DNA of 64,000 nt from Candidatus Hydrogenedentota bacterium (lineage in GTDB: Bacteria > Hydrogenedentota > Hydrogenedentia > Hydrogenedentales > SLHB01), in NCBI GenBank assembly GCA_963745075.1, contig CAVUWV010000009.1:160001-224000 (forward strand), given 5' to 3'. Shown piece after piece: positions 18,560 through 28,923 of the stretch (position 1 is the stretch's first letter; each line of letters opens with the position of its first letter). Position numbers and translations under genes: made by a program. The notes beneath the pieces were generated by a model. It searched no databases. It had not been told where the DNA came from and worked only from the letters and a program-made list of their open reading frames with translations.

Positions 18560-21500
18560 TCGCGGGCGTGTTAGTCCACGTAATCGTTGTCGGATGGGTT
18601 TCGACCGCCAGTGGCTCGCCGTTAAGCGCGTATGCGTCGGCAGTCCGCAACACGATGGGGGTTTGCGGATCGAAGCCGATGGGTTGCCGGGTGCGCCAGC
18701 GAAGTGTCGCTAACTCACCGTCATACGGCCGGCGGTTTGGCGCTGTGATTTCGAATGTGATGCCCCAGCTCGTAGTTTCCCGCTGCAATACGCGGCGGCC
18801 TGCGATCAACGCGTCGGCGCCGGGCCGGAGATCGCTCCAATCCAATTCACCGGGCGGCTCCGTGTCGATCCGTACGACGATCCGTCCTACAGCGACGTTC
18901 GTGTCCGAAACAAGTGCCAGCCGAAACGTGCCTTCGTACTGAACATCGCTTGCTGCGGTCGCCTCCAGAACGAGCCGAACGGTGGACCGCGGCCCGTAAA
19001 CAAAACCTTTGGGAACCGTGACCGACACCCCGGCCGCCGGAAATTCGGCGCGCAAATCCACCGCTCCTTCTGCGTCCAAGGCGTTTGGCGGGGACTCGGC
19101 GACGAGCGTGTTCGGGTCCAGGAATCGGACGTGCGGAGACGGGATCTCGCCGAACCACACGTGCGCATCCGGCGTGAAGTTCGCTCCGGTAATGGTCACT
19201 ACGGCGCCCCCTTCCGCCGGACCTTGCCGTGGATCGATTGAAACGACGCGCGGCGCTTCGCGCGCGGGCAGCGGCGTCAGGTCGGCGCCGTCGAAGGTCC
19301 CATCGCTGTCGGTGTCCGGATTGAGCGGATCGGTTTCGCCATCGTTCACCGCGCCGTTGTGGTTCCGGTCTTCGTCCCCGTCCGGAACGCCGTCGCCGTC
19401 GGTGTCGGGGTTCATGCGGTCAGTTTCTCCCGGTCCGACCACGCCGTCTCCATTTTTGTCCTCCACGTTGTCCGGCAACCCGTCGGCATCGAGGTCCTGA
19501 ACGCCCTCGCCGGCATTTCCAAGCCATTGAAACAACGCGGACACAAAGCGCCGGTTCTCCGTATCGGCGAGTTTAGCCGACTCCAACGGAGTGCGCGACG
19601 TGATCGCTGCGGTACGCCCGGATCCAAATGTGCGGATCGCAAGACCCGCGTCGCCCCGGTCAGTATTAGCAACCAGGATCTGCCAGGAGTTGTCGAGCGT
19701 GATTCCGGCAGCGCCGTCTGCGAACCATGCCGGACAGTGACGGGTCAAAGGCGTTTGTACGATCGGCTCGAATGTTCCGGATGTGCTCGCAACGGAGTCG
19801 ATCGTGATCCCCATGGGTAACAACCATCGAGCGGCCATTGCCAAATCGGTTTCTTCCAACGGCTCGGCCAGATATAACAGTGCGCCGCCACTCGACACGT
19901 AATCGAGTACCGCCTGACGCGTCACCATTCCCGACGCAATGGCGTTGCAATCGAGTACGACCACGGAATACGCGGAAAGCGATTGCAATATGGGCGACAA
20001 CGCTAGATCGTGACTGAAATGAAATGGCGCGGCGGCCAGCAGATCCACCACTGCCTTCAGATTGAACGGGTCCTGCGCGCTGCGAAGGCGTGCCGACTCG
20101 CCATCGTGTGGCAATGCCCACAAGATTCGCCGGATCGCCGGGCGTGACGGCGCTACGCGTACGGCGATTCGATACGGACTACCGGCGTATGGGGTCCGGC
20201 CCGCCACGGATTCAGCCCGAAGATTCAACCAGCCGGTCTGCGTCGTGCCCGGCTCGTACTGTCTGCGATCGACGCCCATGAGGAACCACCCGGGAACCGT
20301 CCCCGTCTGAGGATAGGCGTTAAGCCAGGGGACTTGCGTTTGGTTCCAGTCCAAGCGCCACAAACCGGGTTCCGCGAATGGCACTTTAATCTGAATGGCG
20401 TGCAGTTCCCGTCCCGCGGCTTCTCCCCGGAATCGCATCACCCGGGGAGGCGACAGGCGAGGTTTGGATTTCAGACCTGGGTTGGTGGCGCGGTCGCCGT
20501 CATTTTCCCCGGGCATTGTCGCACGCGAGGCACTACCGCCCACGGGGATGATTCGGCTCACGATTCCGGTCTGAAACGAAGCCACAACGTCGTCCGCCGC
20601 CTCATTGCCGGGCTGAATCTGATGAATACGATTCGCTTCCCCGACGAGTATGCGATCGCCGAGCCACGCTACTGCATTCACGGAAGTTTCGAAGGGGTGA
20701 GCGTTTCCGCCAGGCTTTCCGTCTCTCCAGACTTCGACGCGGTCGTTGACGCCCAGCGCAACGTCTGCCCCCCGTGCTGCGGGCGCCACGCGTAGCGCTT
20801 GTGCGACCCCGGAAAACGAATACTCTGCCACCTTGGCGAGACCCGAATTGCGGTCCAGTGACACCTGCGTGACAAATGCAAATCCGCTCTGGGGTTCGCG
20901 TGTCGCAATCCAGAAGGTCCCGTCCGATGCCGCGTGGATGGGTGAGGAATCTTCCCGTGGGACGCCGCGCACCTCGAGGGGATCCCCCACAGCTTCCAGG
21001 GCATCCACCGAAATGGCGCGCAACCAGGACGCGTCCCGGGCGGACTGCACATCCGACCCGGGGCCGGTTGCCAGGGCAAGCAGAAACGTCCCTCGTCGAT
21101 TGCATGCCACGGTGAGCGGAGTCAATCCCGGCGAATCTTCAAAGAGCGATTTCCGTTCCACTACGACTTCACCGCGTTCGATGTCGCGAACGTGCAGAAC
21201 CGTACCATACCGGTTGTTCTTGCACAGTACCGCGACTCGCGAAGTTTCCGGCAGCGACACTGCGTCGGCCGGCACGCCGGGCAACAACCACGAGGCCGGT
21301 TTCGCAGCGAGGGAAAGAGGTCCATCGGCGGACACGTTACGCGCGGTGATTCGACCTTCGCCGGCCTTTGTTTCGTCCAACGGCGTAACCAGCGTTACAA
21401 GCGACGATTCGGAAGTTACGCTGCTGGTGGTGATGCACGCCGCAATCTCCCGCCACCCGGGGTCCGAAATGGTCCACCCATCCGACGCGAGGACGTTGGA

Positions 21501-21869
21501 AGGCACCGTCAGCATGCAGATGAATGTTTCGCCGGCGTTCGATCCAAGAAACGGCTGCGCGCGTGAAGTGATGGCGATCCGCTTGCGTGAGTCGTCGAGG
21601 ACCGCGTGGGCGTCGAACGCGGTTCCCGGCAGCACGACGGGCGCGGCGGTAGGCTGGCCGTCTCCGACGCCTATGACCTGTGTGTAGACACGCACACTTT
21701 CCCGGATGGCGGTCAGCGTAGTCGTTTCGACCAATGCGTAAGATGAAGGTTCCGCAACGCTGCCGGGCACTTCATCCGCATGCAGCGAAGCGGCGATGAC
21801 AAGTATGAACGCGCAGTGCAATAGCCGGGAGTAGTGCCAGGGTCGATATGCTTGGGAATGGTCCACCAT
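18546..21869 (-). CDS. Large secreted multidomain protein with Ca-binding DxDxDG repeats and an IPT/TIG domain
   Basis: Signal peptide; DLDADGLPD...DTDGDGVPDG...DTDSDGTFDG repeats; PRVVSIDPRQGPAEGGAVVTITGANF. Confidence 0.7.
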   Translation of the reverse strand: MVDHSQAYRPWHYSRLLHCAFILVIAASLHADEVPGSVAEPSSYALVETTTLTAIRESVRVYTQVIGVGDGQPTAAPVVLPGTAFDAHAVLDDSRKRIAITSRAQPFLGSNAGETFICMLTVPSNVLASDGWTISDPGWREIAACITTSSVTSESSLVTLVTPLDETKAGEGRITARNVSADGPLSLAAKPASWLLPGVPADAVSLPETSRVAVLCKNNRYGTVLHVRDIERGEVVVERKSLFEDSPGLTPLTVACNRRGTFLLALATGPGSDVQSARDASWLRAISVDALEAVGDPLEVRGVPREDSSPIHAASDGTFWIATREPQSGFAFVTQVSLDRNSGLAKVAEYSFSGVAQALRVAPAARGADVALGVNDRVEVWRDGKPGGNAHPFETSVNAVAWLGDRILVGEANRIHQIQPGNEAADDVVASFQTGIVSRIIPVGGSASRATMPGENDGDRATNPGLKSKPRLSPPRVMRFRGEAAGRELHAIQIKVPFAEPGLWRLDWNQTQVPWLNAYPQTGTVPGWFLMGVDRRQYEPGTTQTGWLNLRAESVAGRTPYAGSPYRIAVRVAPSRPAIRRILWALPHDGESARLRSAQDPFNLKAVVDLLAAAPFHFSHDLALSPILQSLSAYSVVVLDCNAIASGMVTRQAVLDYVSSGGALLYLAEPLEETDLAMAARWLLPMGITIDSVASTSGTFEPIVQTPLTRHCPAWFADGAAGITLDNSWQILVANTDRGDAGLAIRTFGSGRTAAITSRTPLESAKLADTENRRFVSALFQWLGNAGEGVQDLDADGLPDNVEDKNGDGVVGPGETDRMNPDTDGDGVPDGDEDRNHNGAVNDGETDPLNPDTDSDGTFDGADLTPLPAREAPRVVSIDPRQGPAEGGAVVTITGANFTPDAHVWFGEIPSPHVRFLDPNTLVAESPPNALDAEGAVDLRAEFPAAGVSVTVPKGFVYGPRSTVRLVLEATAASDVQYEGTFRLALVSDTNVAVGRIVVRIDTEPPGELDWSDLRPGADALIAGRRVLQRETTSWGITFEITAPNRRPYDGELATLRWRTRQPIGFDPQTPIVLRTADAYALNGEPLAVETHPTTITWTNTPATIDP

Positions 21870-21900
21870 ATGTCCCGTATCATAGACTAGAACAATTTGA

Positions 21901-22055
21901 GTTTTCTCGTAGCCGCCGTTGACCTCACGTACTCGTACTCGGATCGTCGAGCGGGGAGTGCGGCGGTTTGGCTAACCCAACGCGTCGTTCCTCCACCGTG
22001 CCAAGACGTTGCATCTCGTCGAGTGCGAGACCGAGTACGAAGTACGAGTATACGG
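21901..22055. repeat. Dispersed intergenic repeat, copy A (partner at 33619-33776)
   Basis: Shared blocks TGACCTCACG, CTCGGATCGTC, CCCAACGCGTCGTT, CCAAGACG, GCATCTCGTCGAGT; CTCGTA-like and GAGTAC-like inverted arms. Confidence 0.8.
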
Positions 22056-22214
22056 ACACGGAAGAAGTTGGAATGCTCCTAGTCCACGTTTCGTTCCGCA
22101 ACCCGCGTTTCTCAGCCTGCGATGGCTCGTCATGGACGTGATGAAAACCGCTACTGGGAAGTGTCAGGCAGGATTGGCGCGACGATGGCAGTTGGAAACG
22201 TCGTGTCGCGCAGG

Positions 22215-22874
22215 CTATTCGCAGCCGACCCAGGTGGAAGGCCGTTCCTGGCGCGGCCGGCTCGGAATGGACACGCGCCGCCGAATGGCATTCACCAAGG
22301 CGTGCGCTTCGTCTTCAAACAGCCCGATTCCGAAATACTGCGGTTCGCCATGGTAGTCGAACGCCACGCAACAACCTCCGCCGCCCCGCCAATTGATCAT
22401 CGTGAGGTGCGTTTGGGGCGTTGGCGGAATCAATTCCACCCGCAAGTCGCGAACGAAAAGGAGGTCGTAGGCGCGGGTATGACCGATTCCCAGAATATCC
22501 CTTCTGACCGACAGGGTCTTGTCGTCCGCCGCGATGGTCTCTCCGCCGGCGACCATCCAGAGCCACCAGTACAGAATACACAGGCACCCGACCGTCATGC
22601 CGACGACCGTCGCCACCGCCGGAATTCCGGAAGTCGCCATGGCCTCGTACCGAACAAACCGATCGATTCCGTACAGGACGGCCATCCCACATGCCGCGAG
22701 AAAGAACATCGCGGGCGTCGAAACCAGCCAGGTGCTTTTCACCGGTATCGAAATCCGGTACCCTTCCGGCTTGTTGAAGACGTAGAAGGGGGGCGTCGCC
22801 CGCGCGAACGATTCCAAGTGCGTCGCGAATGTCATTGCAAACCTTCCTCGCAGCGTGGCGAACCGGAGATTCAT
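22215..22874 (-). CDS. Hypothetical membrane protein (two TM helices plus soluble C-terminal domain)
   Basis: 219-aa ORF co-oriented behind the sugar ABC operon; start uncertain. Confidence 0.55.
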   Translation of the reverse strand: MNLRFATLRGRFAMTFATHLESFARATPPFYVFNKPEGYRISIPVKSTWLVSTPAMFFLAACGMAVLYGIDRFVRYEAMATSGIPAVATVVGMTVGCLCILYWWLWMVAGGETIAADDKTLSVRRDILGIGHTRAYDLLFVRDLRVELIPPTPQTHLTMINWRGGGGCCVAFDYHGEPQYFGIGLFEDEAHALVNAIRRRVSIPSRPRQERPSTWVGCE

Positions 22875-22977
22875 CCCGGTGACACGCCGGAACGATTGCC
22901 TCCGCTGTTCTCTTTTGTACCATATTTCCGAGAATCTGGCATCCGAAAGTTGTGGGAATTTGCGGAAGAGCGGCGGC

Positions 22978-23979
22978 TTACGCGTGTCCTTTGAGCTGGT
23001 CGAGAAGAACGGCGGCCAGGATCACGATCCCCAGAATGACCTGTTGCCCGAAGCTTTCCATGCCGATCCACGTGAGCCCGGTGGCCAGCACGGCAATGAT
23101 CAGCAGTCCGATGAATGTGCCCGTGATCGTTCCCCGCCCGCCCGTCAGGCTGGTACCTCCGACGACGACCGCGGCGATCACTTGCAGCTCATCGCCCACA
23201 CCTACCGTGGGATCGCCGGATCGCAGTTTGGACGACAGGATGAGCCCGCCGGCCATCGATAACACCGCAGACATGCAGTAAACGGCTAACTTCACGCGGT
23301 TGACGGGAACGCCGGTCAGCCGTGCGGATTCCTCACCACCGCCGATGGCGCGGACTTCCCGGCCGAAACGGGTGGTGTTCAGCAGGATTCCTCCGGTGAT
23401 AAAGACGACGAGCATGACGATCACACCGACGGGCACGTGCCCTCCGATCATGTAACGACCGAGAAAGGTGTAGTTCGACGGCAGATCGCTCACCGGCGAC
23501 CCCTTAACGAGGAGGTACCCCGCGCCCCGCATCGAACTCATCACGGCGAGCGTCGCAATAAACGGAGGGATTGCAAAGCGCGTGATGAACAAACCCGATG
23601 CGCAGCCCGTCGCCAAACCCGCGGCGATCGCAACGGACCAACCCGCGATCAGGGCCCACGCGCTGTCGCCGCCCACGGCACGGGTGGTCAACGCGCCCAC
23701 GACACCGCCGAAGGCGATCAGGGATCCCACTGACAAATCGATCCCGCCGGTAAGAATGACAAAGGTCATGCCGACGGACACGACGCCGTAGATGGCGGAT
23801 TGGTTGAGAATCGAGATGAGGTTGTCTACGGACAGGAAGGGGGGCATCTGCTGGTACCGCGAGATGCCTTCGAACGCGGCGCACTCGAGAGCCAACGCAA
23901 CAAGTAAGAATCCGTAGACCCGCAGGAACGCGATCGTGTTGCTCCGCCGGGTATCCGCGTCACCAGCCGGTTTCGCCAT
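22978..23979 (-). CDS. rbsC: Ribose-type sugar ABC transporter permease
   Basis: GMTFVILTGGIDLSVG, TRFGREVRAIGGGEESARLTGV, AAVVVGGTSLTGGRG; substrate not proven. Confidence 0.85.
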   Translation of the reverse strand: MAKPAGDADTRRSNTIAFLRVYGFLLVALALECAAFEGISRYQQMPPFLSVDNLISILNQSAIYGVVSVGMTFVILTGGIDLSVGSLIAFGGVVGALTTRAVGGDSAWALIAGWSVAIAAGLATGCASGLFITRFAIPPFIATLAVMSSMRGAGYLLVKGSPVSDLPSNYTFLGRYMIGGHVPVGVIVMLVVFITGGILLNTTRFGREVRAIGGGEESARLTGVPVNRVKLAVYCMSAVLSMAGGLILSSKLRSGDPTVGVGDELQVIAAVVVGGTSLTGGRGTITGTFIGLLIIAVLATGLTWIGMESFGQQVILGIVILAAVLLDQLKGHA

Positions 23980-25487
23980 CAGGCCAAGCTGGCCATGGAC
24001 TGGCCCGTCGCCAACTGCATGATACGCTCCTGCGTCGCTTCCGCACGGGCGAGTTTTCCTGCGAGATGGCCTTCATGCATGACAAGAACCTGATCGCACA
24101 TCCCCAACACTTCCGGCAACTCGCTGGAGATCATCAGGATGCTGACCCCCTCGCGAACCAAATCGTTCATCAACCGGTAGATCTCGACTTTCGCCCCCAC
24201 GTCGATGCCGCGGGTCGGCTCGTCGAAAATGAGCACCTTGGATTGCGTAAACAGCCACTTCGCCAAGACCACCTTCTGCTGGTTTCCGCCGCTGAGGTTT
24301 TGCGCGGTTTGTTCGATGCTCGGCGTCTTAATCTGAAGTTCACGGACATAGCTGCTGGTTACTTCGCGCTCCTTGCCCCGGTCCACGAAAATAAACCGCA
24401 CAAGCGACGCCAAGTTAGCCAGCGTGGTGTTTTCTCGAATCGTCATGCCCAGGATCAAGCCCTGGTTCTTGCGATCTTCGGTGAGCAACCCGATACCCTG
24501 TCGAATCGCGTCCTGCGGCGACCGCACGGTGATCGGCGCGCCATCAAGTACGATTTGGCCGTCGTCAATCGCGTCGGCCCCGAAGATGGCCCGGGCCACC
24601 TCGGTGCGGCCCGCGCCGACGAGGCCCGTGAGACCGACGATCTCACCCTGGTGCAACGAGAAACTCACGTCTTCAAACGCGCCCTTCCGCGTCAACCCTT
24701 CCACGCGCAAGCGCTCGTCGCCGCGATCGAACGTTTCCTTGGGGAATTCGTGGGTCAGTTCGCGGCCGACCATCATCTTGATGATGTCTTCGCGGTTCAC
24801 TTCGGATACGGGGTTCGTCGCAATGTACTCGCCGTCGCGCATCACGGTCACGCGATCGCCAATCGCGAAGATCTCCTCCAGCCGATGGGAGATGTAGATC
24901 ATGCCGATGCCCTGATCCTTCAGTTCGTGGATAAGCGTGAACAGCGCGTCCAATTCGTGATCGGTCAAGGTGGCCGAGGGCTCGTCCATCACGATGATCT
25001 TCGAGTTGAAGGACAAGGCCTTTGCGATCTCGACCATCTGTTGCTGGGCCACGCTGCATTCGTTCACGGGCTTGCGAACGTCCAATTTCACCCGGATGCG
25101 ATCGAGGATGTCGCGTGCATCCTGGTACATCTTCGACCAGTGAATGAATGGGGTTCTTCCGATGCGCGGCTCGCGCCCGAGAAATATGTTTTCCGCCACG
25201 CTCAGGTAGGGACTGAGATTGAATTCCTGATAGATCATGCTGATGCCCAACTGCTGGGCGTGATGGGGATTGTGAATGCTGACCGGTTCGCCCGACAAAC
25301 GAATCTCGCCGGCGTCCAAGGGTTGCGCGCCGGACAGTATCTTCATCAACGTCGACTTTCCGGCCCCGTTCTCGCCGACGAGGCAATGGACTTCGCCGGG
25401 ACGGAGATTTAGTTGCCCGTTCTTCACGGCGATTACACCGGGAAACCGCTTCATGATGTCGGTCATTTCGAGTACGAATTCACTCAT
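23979..25487 (-). CDS. rbsA: Sugar ABC transporter ATP-binding protein (two NBDs)
   Basis: GENGAGKSTL, MDEPS, LSGGNQQK, DEPTRGIDVGAK. Confidence 0.9.
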   Translation of the reverse strand: MSEFVLEMTDIMKRFPGVIAVKNGQLNLRPGEVHCLVGENGAGKSTLMKILSGAQPLDAGEIRLSGEPVSIHNPHHAQQLGISMIYQEFNLSPYLSVAENIFLGREPRIGRTPFIHWSKMYQDARDILDRIRVKLDVRKPVNECSVAQQQMVEIAKALSFNSKIIVMDEPSATLTDHELDALFTLIHELKDQGIGMIYISHRLEEIFAIGDRVTVMRDGEYIATNPVSEVNREDIIKMMVGRELTHEFPKETFDRGDERLRVEGLTRKGAFEDVSFSLHQGEIVGLTGLVGAGRTEVARAIFGADAIDDGQIVLDGAPITVRSPQDAIRQGIGLLTEDRKNQGLILGMTIRENTTLANLASLVRFIFVDRGKEREVTSSYVRELQIKTPSIEQTAQNLSGGNQQKVVLAKWLFTQSKVLIFDEPTRGIDVGAKVEIYRLMNDLVREGVSILMISSELPEVLGMCDQVLVMHEGHLAGKLARAEATQERIMQLATGQSMASLA

Positions 25488-26428
25488 CCGTTCTGCTCCG
25501 CCATGAGGGTGTCCCGGTCGATCACGTCGACCTCGACGGGAACGACCTTGGATACTTCTTCACCCGCAAAGTACGATGCGATCGTCTGAATCGTCTTTTT
25601 ACCGATCTCTGTGGGATGCTGCACCGTGTCGGCTTTCAATGCCTTTCCGGCCAGGATCGCGTCCCGGGCTTCGGGCGTCCCATCATACCCGACGATGACG
25701 ATCTTGTCTTCCAGCCCAGCGGATTCGAGCGCGGCCAAGGCCCCTAAGGCCGAGTCGTCATTGATTCCGAAAATCGCATCCAGATCGGGATTGGCCTGCA
25801 GAACGTCTTGCGCCGCGCGCATCGCCTTATCCCGCACACCGCCGCCCGGCGCCCGTTGGACGATGGTCATCTCCGGAAAGTTCGAAAGCGCTTGTTCAAA
25901 GCCTGCCACGCGTTCCTGCACGGACGCCGTCTCCGGCTGATCGATAATCGCGATCTTGCCCTTACCGTCCAGCAGTTTCGCCAGGTATTCGCCGATCAGG
26001 CGTCCGCCCAGAACGTTGTCCGAAGCGATATGCGAAACGACATCCACGCCGTGCGCGGCGATGTCGACCGTAAACACCGGAATCCCCGCGGCCTTCACGT
26101 CCTCGATGGCGGGGGCGATCCCCGCGGAGTCTTTCGGGGAGACGATCACGGCGTCGAGACCTTGCCGGACGAACGTTTCGAGTTGGTTGAGCTGCCTTTG
26201 TCCGTCGAATTCAGCGTATTGAATGCGGAGGACAATATTGTCTTTGGCGGCTTCCGCTTCCATGGCCTGGACCAGATCGCGGTAGAATTGGTGTCGTTGC
26301 GTCAAGAGCGAGGCGCCGACGATCTTCTTCTGCGCCCTCGACGTGGTCCCATCGGGGGTTGCGGTATTGTTCGGTCCGCACCCCGCACCTGCCAGCAGGA
26401 TTGCCAACAACAGCCCGATTTTTTTCAT
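25484..26428 (-). CDS. rbsB: Sugar ABC transporter substrate-binding lipoprotein
   Basis: Lipobox GAGC; IASDNVLGG, FGINDDSALGA, IVGYDG. Confidence 0.85.
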   Translation of the reverse strand: MKKIGLLLAILLAGAGCGPNNTATPDGTTSRAQKKIVGASLLTQRHQFYRDLVQAMEAEAAKDNIVLRIQYAEFDGQRQLNQLETFVRQGLDAVIVSPKDSAGIAPAIEDVKAAGIPVFTVDIAAHGVDVVSHIASDNVLGGRLIGEYLAKLLDGKGKIAIIDQPETASVQERVAGFEQALSNFPEMTIVQRAPGGGVRDKAMRAAQDVLQANPDLDAIFGINDDSALGALAALESAGLEDKIVIVGYDGTPEARDAILAGKALKADTVQHPTEIGKKTIQTIASYFAGEEVSKVVPVEVDVIDRDTLMAEQNG

Positions 26429-26786
26429 ACGATACGCTCCTCCCAGTGACCCTGTACTCTACTGGTTCCCGATGGGTCGTGCAACTCGGGGAACGCTTGT
26501 GAGGCATATGGCCGCAACTTCTCGCAGCAGACGCAAACTGCAACAACCGGGTCTTACAAAGGGGGAGGAACGAACAACGTTCGCGTTTCAATTGTCCTTC
26601 ATGTTTGCGAACAAGGCCCGCATTTCGTGTAACACGCCGCTGATTCGGCTGTATCATGCACAGTACGGGGATACGGAGTGCGAGGGCGTACCACCTCAAT
26701 CACCGAGAATCTCCACATCCGAACGCGGATCTGGCAGGTAAACATAGGTTGAAGGATCACAGAGTAACGAAAGGAGATTGGTTACA

Positions 26787-26918
26787 ATGCTTCCAACACA
26801 ACTTTGCGACATTCTGACGCAGCTTTTCGGCGCGCTGGTGGGCATTCCCGTGATCGGCGGGTTCTTCGAGCGTCTGCTGGGAATTCTGGACCAGTATTGC
26901 CCGGACGAACAGGTTTAG
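26787..26918 (+). CDS. 43-aa small amphipathic protein (below ORF-track cutoff)
   Basis: AAGGAG RBS at 26771-26776; MLPTQLCDILTQLFGALVGIPVIGGFFERLLGILDQYCPDEQV. Confidence 0.65.
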   Translation: MLPTQLCDILTQLFGALVGIPVIGGFFERLLGILDQYCPDEQV

Positions 26919-27102
26919 CAGTCCTTCCGAGAGTAGTACACGACTTGACGCGGGGCAGGTTGTACCGCCTGCTCCGCGCCGCTGTTTTCGGTTCCATCAT
27001 CGTGGTGATACGCGTGCCGATTCCGTATCATGACTCCGTGGGCCAAGTTCCTTCATAACTTGCGAGGGCGTGGCTGGCTCTTGCTTCCAGACGGTGATTC
27101 GG

Positions 27103-27498
27103 GTGCTTAGACTCCTCGACATCGCGTTTCTCGTTGCACACTCCGCACTCATTCTTTTCAATCTGTTCGGCTGGATCTGGCCACGCACGCGACGCCTTCA
27201 CCTGCTGTCTCTGGTTCTGACGCTCGGATCCTGGTTCGGATTGGGGCTTTGGTACGGCTACGGATATTGTCCACTTACCGATTGGCACTGGCGAATTCGT
27301 GAACGAATGGGCGATACGGACTTGCCCTACTCGTATTTACAATTTCTCGCAGCACAGCTCACAGGGATACATGTGAGCGCCCGCGCCGCGGACGTTGCGG
27401 CCGGTCTCGCAGTCGCCATCGTCTTGCCCTTGTCCGTCTTTCTTAACGTTCGGGACTTCATCCGGTTGCGCAAAGGCAGTCAGTGCGACCCTTCGTAA
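27103..27498 (+). CDS. DUF2784-family membrane protein
   Basis: H..LILFNLFGW, GYCPLTDWHWRIR, LPYSY; start uncertain (GTG 27070, 27094 or 27103). Confidence 0.8.
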   Translation: MLRLLDIAFLVAHSALILFNLFGWIWPRTRRLHLLSLVLTLGSWFGLGLWYGYGYCPLTDWHWRIRERMGDTDLPYSYLQFLAAQLTGIHVSARAADVAAGLAVAIVLPLSVFLNVRDFIRLRKGSQCDPS

Positions 27499-27579
27499 CC
27501 GTCGCGAACTTCATCCGCACCGTTGTTGTCGGGTACAATATGCCGCACACCGCTTGGGAAAGGAGTCTTGGGAAGCACG

Positions 27580-28176
27580 ATGGATGCATTTACGCGCGCG
27601 TGGCGCAATTGGAACCACGCAAGGAAGTTCGCAAAACTGGGCAAAGGGTGCCGGTTCCTGGGGCGCGATCTGGAATTGGAGGGTCACGTCGAACTCGGCG
27701 ATTACTGCCGCGTGCGCGAAGCGGTGAAGCTTCGTGCGCGACCCGATGCCAAGATCGTCATCGGCAACCGCTGCTTGATCAGTTGGAACGCCATTATCGA
27801 GTGCGGCGAGCTGGTCGAGATTCACGATCAAGTCGGGATCGCTGAATACTCCGTTATCCGCGACGGCACTCATCTGATTTACGGCACCGAAGCCAACTGG
27901 CGGTTCACACCCAATTACTTCGAGCCGGTGATCATTGAGGAAAGCGCGTGGATCGGGAGTGGCGCTTACGTATCCAAGGGCGTCCGAATCGGGAAAGGCG
28001 CCGTGATCGGCGTGGGAAGTGTCGTCACGCGAGACGTGCCCCCTTTCGAAGTATGGGTCGGGGCGCCCGCGCGGTTTCTCCGTCATCGAATTGACGACCT
28101 TCCCGCCGAACTCGAGGATCTCGCCAAACGGCTGCTGCAGGAACAGGGCATTAAAGAAGACCGGCGAGACTATTAG
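27580..28176 (+). CDS. Hexapeptide-repeat (left-handed beta-helix) acyltransferase
   Basis: PVIIEESAWIGSGAYVSKGVRIGKGAVIGVGSVVTRDVP...GAPAR. Confidence 0.9.
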   Translation: MDAFTRAWRNWNHARKFAKLGKGCRFLGRDLELEGHVELGDYCRVREAVKLRARPDAKIVIGNRCLISWNAIIECGELVEIHDQVGIAEYSVIRDGTHLIYGTEANWRFTPNYFEPVIIEESAWIGSGAYVSKGVRIGKGAVIGVGSVVTRDVPPFEVWVGAPARFLRHRIDDLPAELEDLAKRLLQEQGIKEDRRDY

Positions 28177-28178
28177 CG

Positions 28179-28892
28179 ATGGCCGTTCAAGCAATCACCT
28201 TCGACTTCTGGCGCACGCTGTTTCACGATCCCGAGCCTCCGGTACGGCGCCGGGAAATCCGGGCCGAGGCGCTCGTGCAAGCGGCCGGCACGTCGATGGA
28301 GCTGGCGTTGGACGCCCTGCGCCAGGCCGAGTACGAGTTTCTTCAGTATCACATTCAGAATCAGCGCACGTTGGGACCGCCGGATGCGTTGCGTATGGTT
28401 TCGGACACGTTAGGTCTGCATCTGGACCGCCGCCAACAGGCTGAATTGGCGCGTATCTTCGGCGAAGCTATCCTGGACGATCCGCCCATACCCATTCCCG
28501 GCGCGCTCGATGCGGTGGAAGCCGCCGCGGCGCGAATGCCCGTTGGCGTTATCTCCGATTCCGGGATCAGTCCAGGAAGCTCCTTGCGCCAATTGCTGCA
28601 CCGTCATGGTTTCACGGAATACTTCGGCGCGCTCGCATTCTCTGACGAGGTGGGCGTCGCCAAACCGCAAGCGCGGATGTTTCACACCGCCGCCGAAGGG
28701 TTGTCGGTCGATGCCTCCGCATTACTACACATCGGCGATCTCGAGATGACCGACATCGCGGGGGCGAAAGCGGTGGGCGCTCGATCCGCGCTCTTTGCGG
28801 GCGACAATCGCCGGCATATTCATGAGTCCGCCGCCGACTACACCTTTTCGGCGTGGACGGAATTCATCGCGGTATTACCCGAGATTCGATAA
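28179..28892 (+). CDS. HAD-superfamily hydrolase
   Basis: ITFDFWRTL motif I, AKP, HIGDLEMTDIAGA. Confidence 0.9.
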   Translation: MAVQAITFDFWRTLFHDPEPPVRRREIRAEALVQAAGTSMELALDALRQAEYEFLQYHIQNQRTLGPPDALRMVSDTLGLHLDRRQQAELARIFGEAILDDPPIPIPGALDAVEAAAARMPVGVISDSGISPGSSLRQLLHRHGFTEYFGALAFSDEVGVAKPQARMFHTAAEGLSVDASALLHIGDLEMTDIAGAKAVGARSALFAGDNRRHIHESAADYTFSAWTEFIAVLPEIR

Positions 28893-28923
28893 GCCGGGCG
28901 ACGGTCCAGTCCCCGCGATTCCC

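Noticed and set aside
24066..25412. Long antisense ORFs (also 45499-46845, 46979-48331, 9308-10522, 63248-63922)
   Set aside because: Shadow frames of real genes caused by GC-rich codon bias
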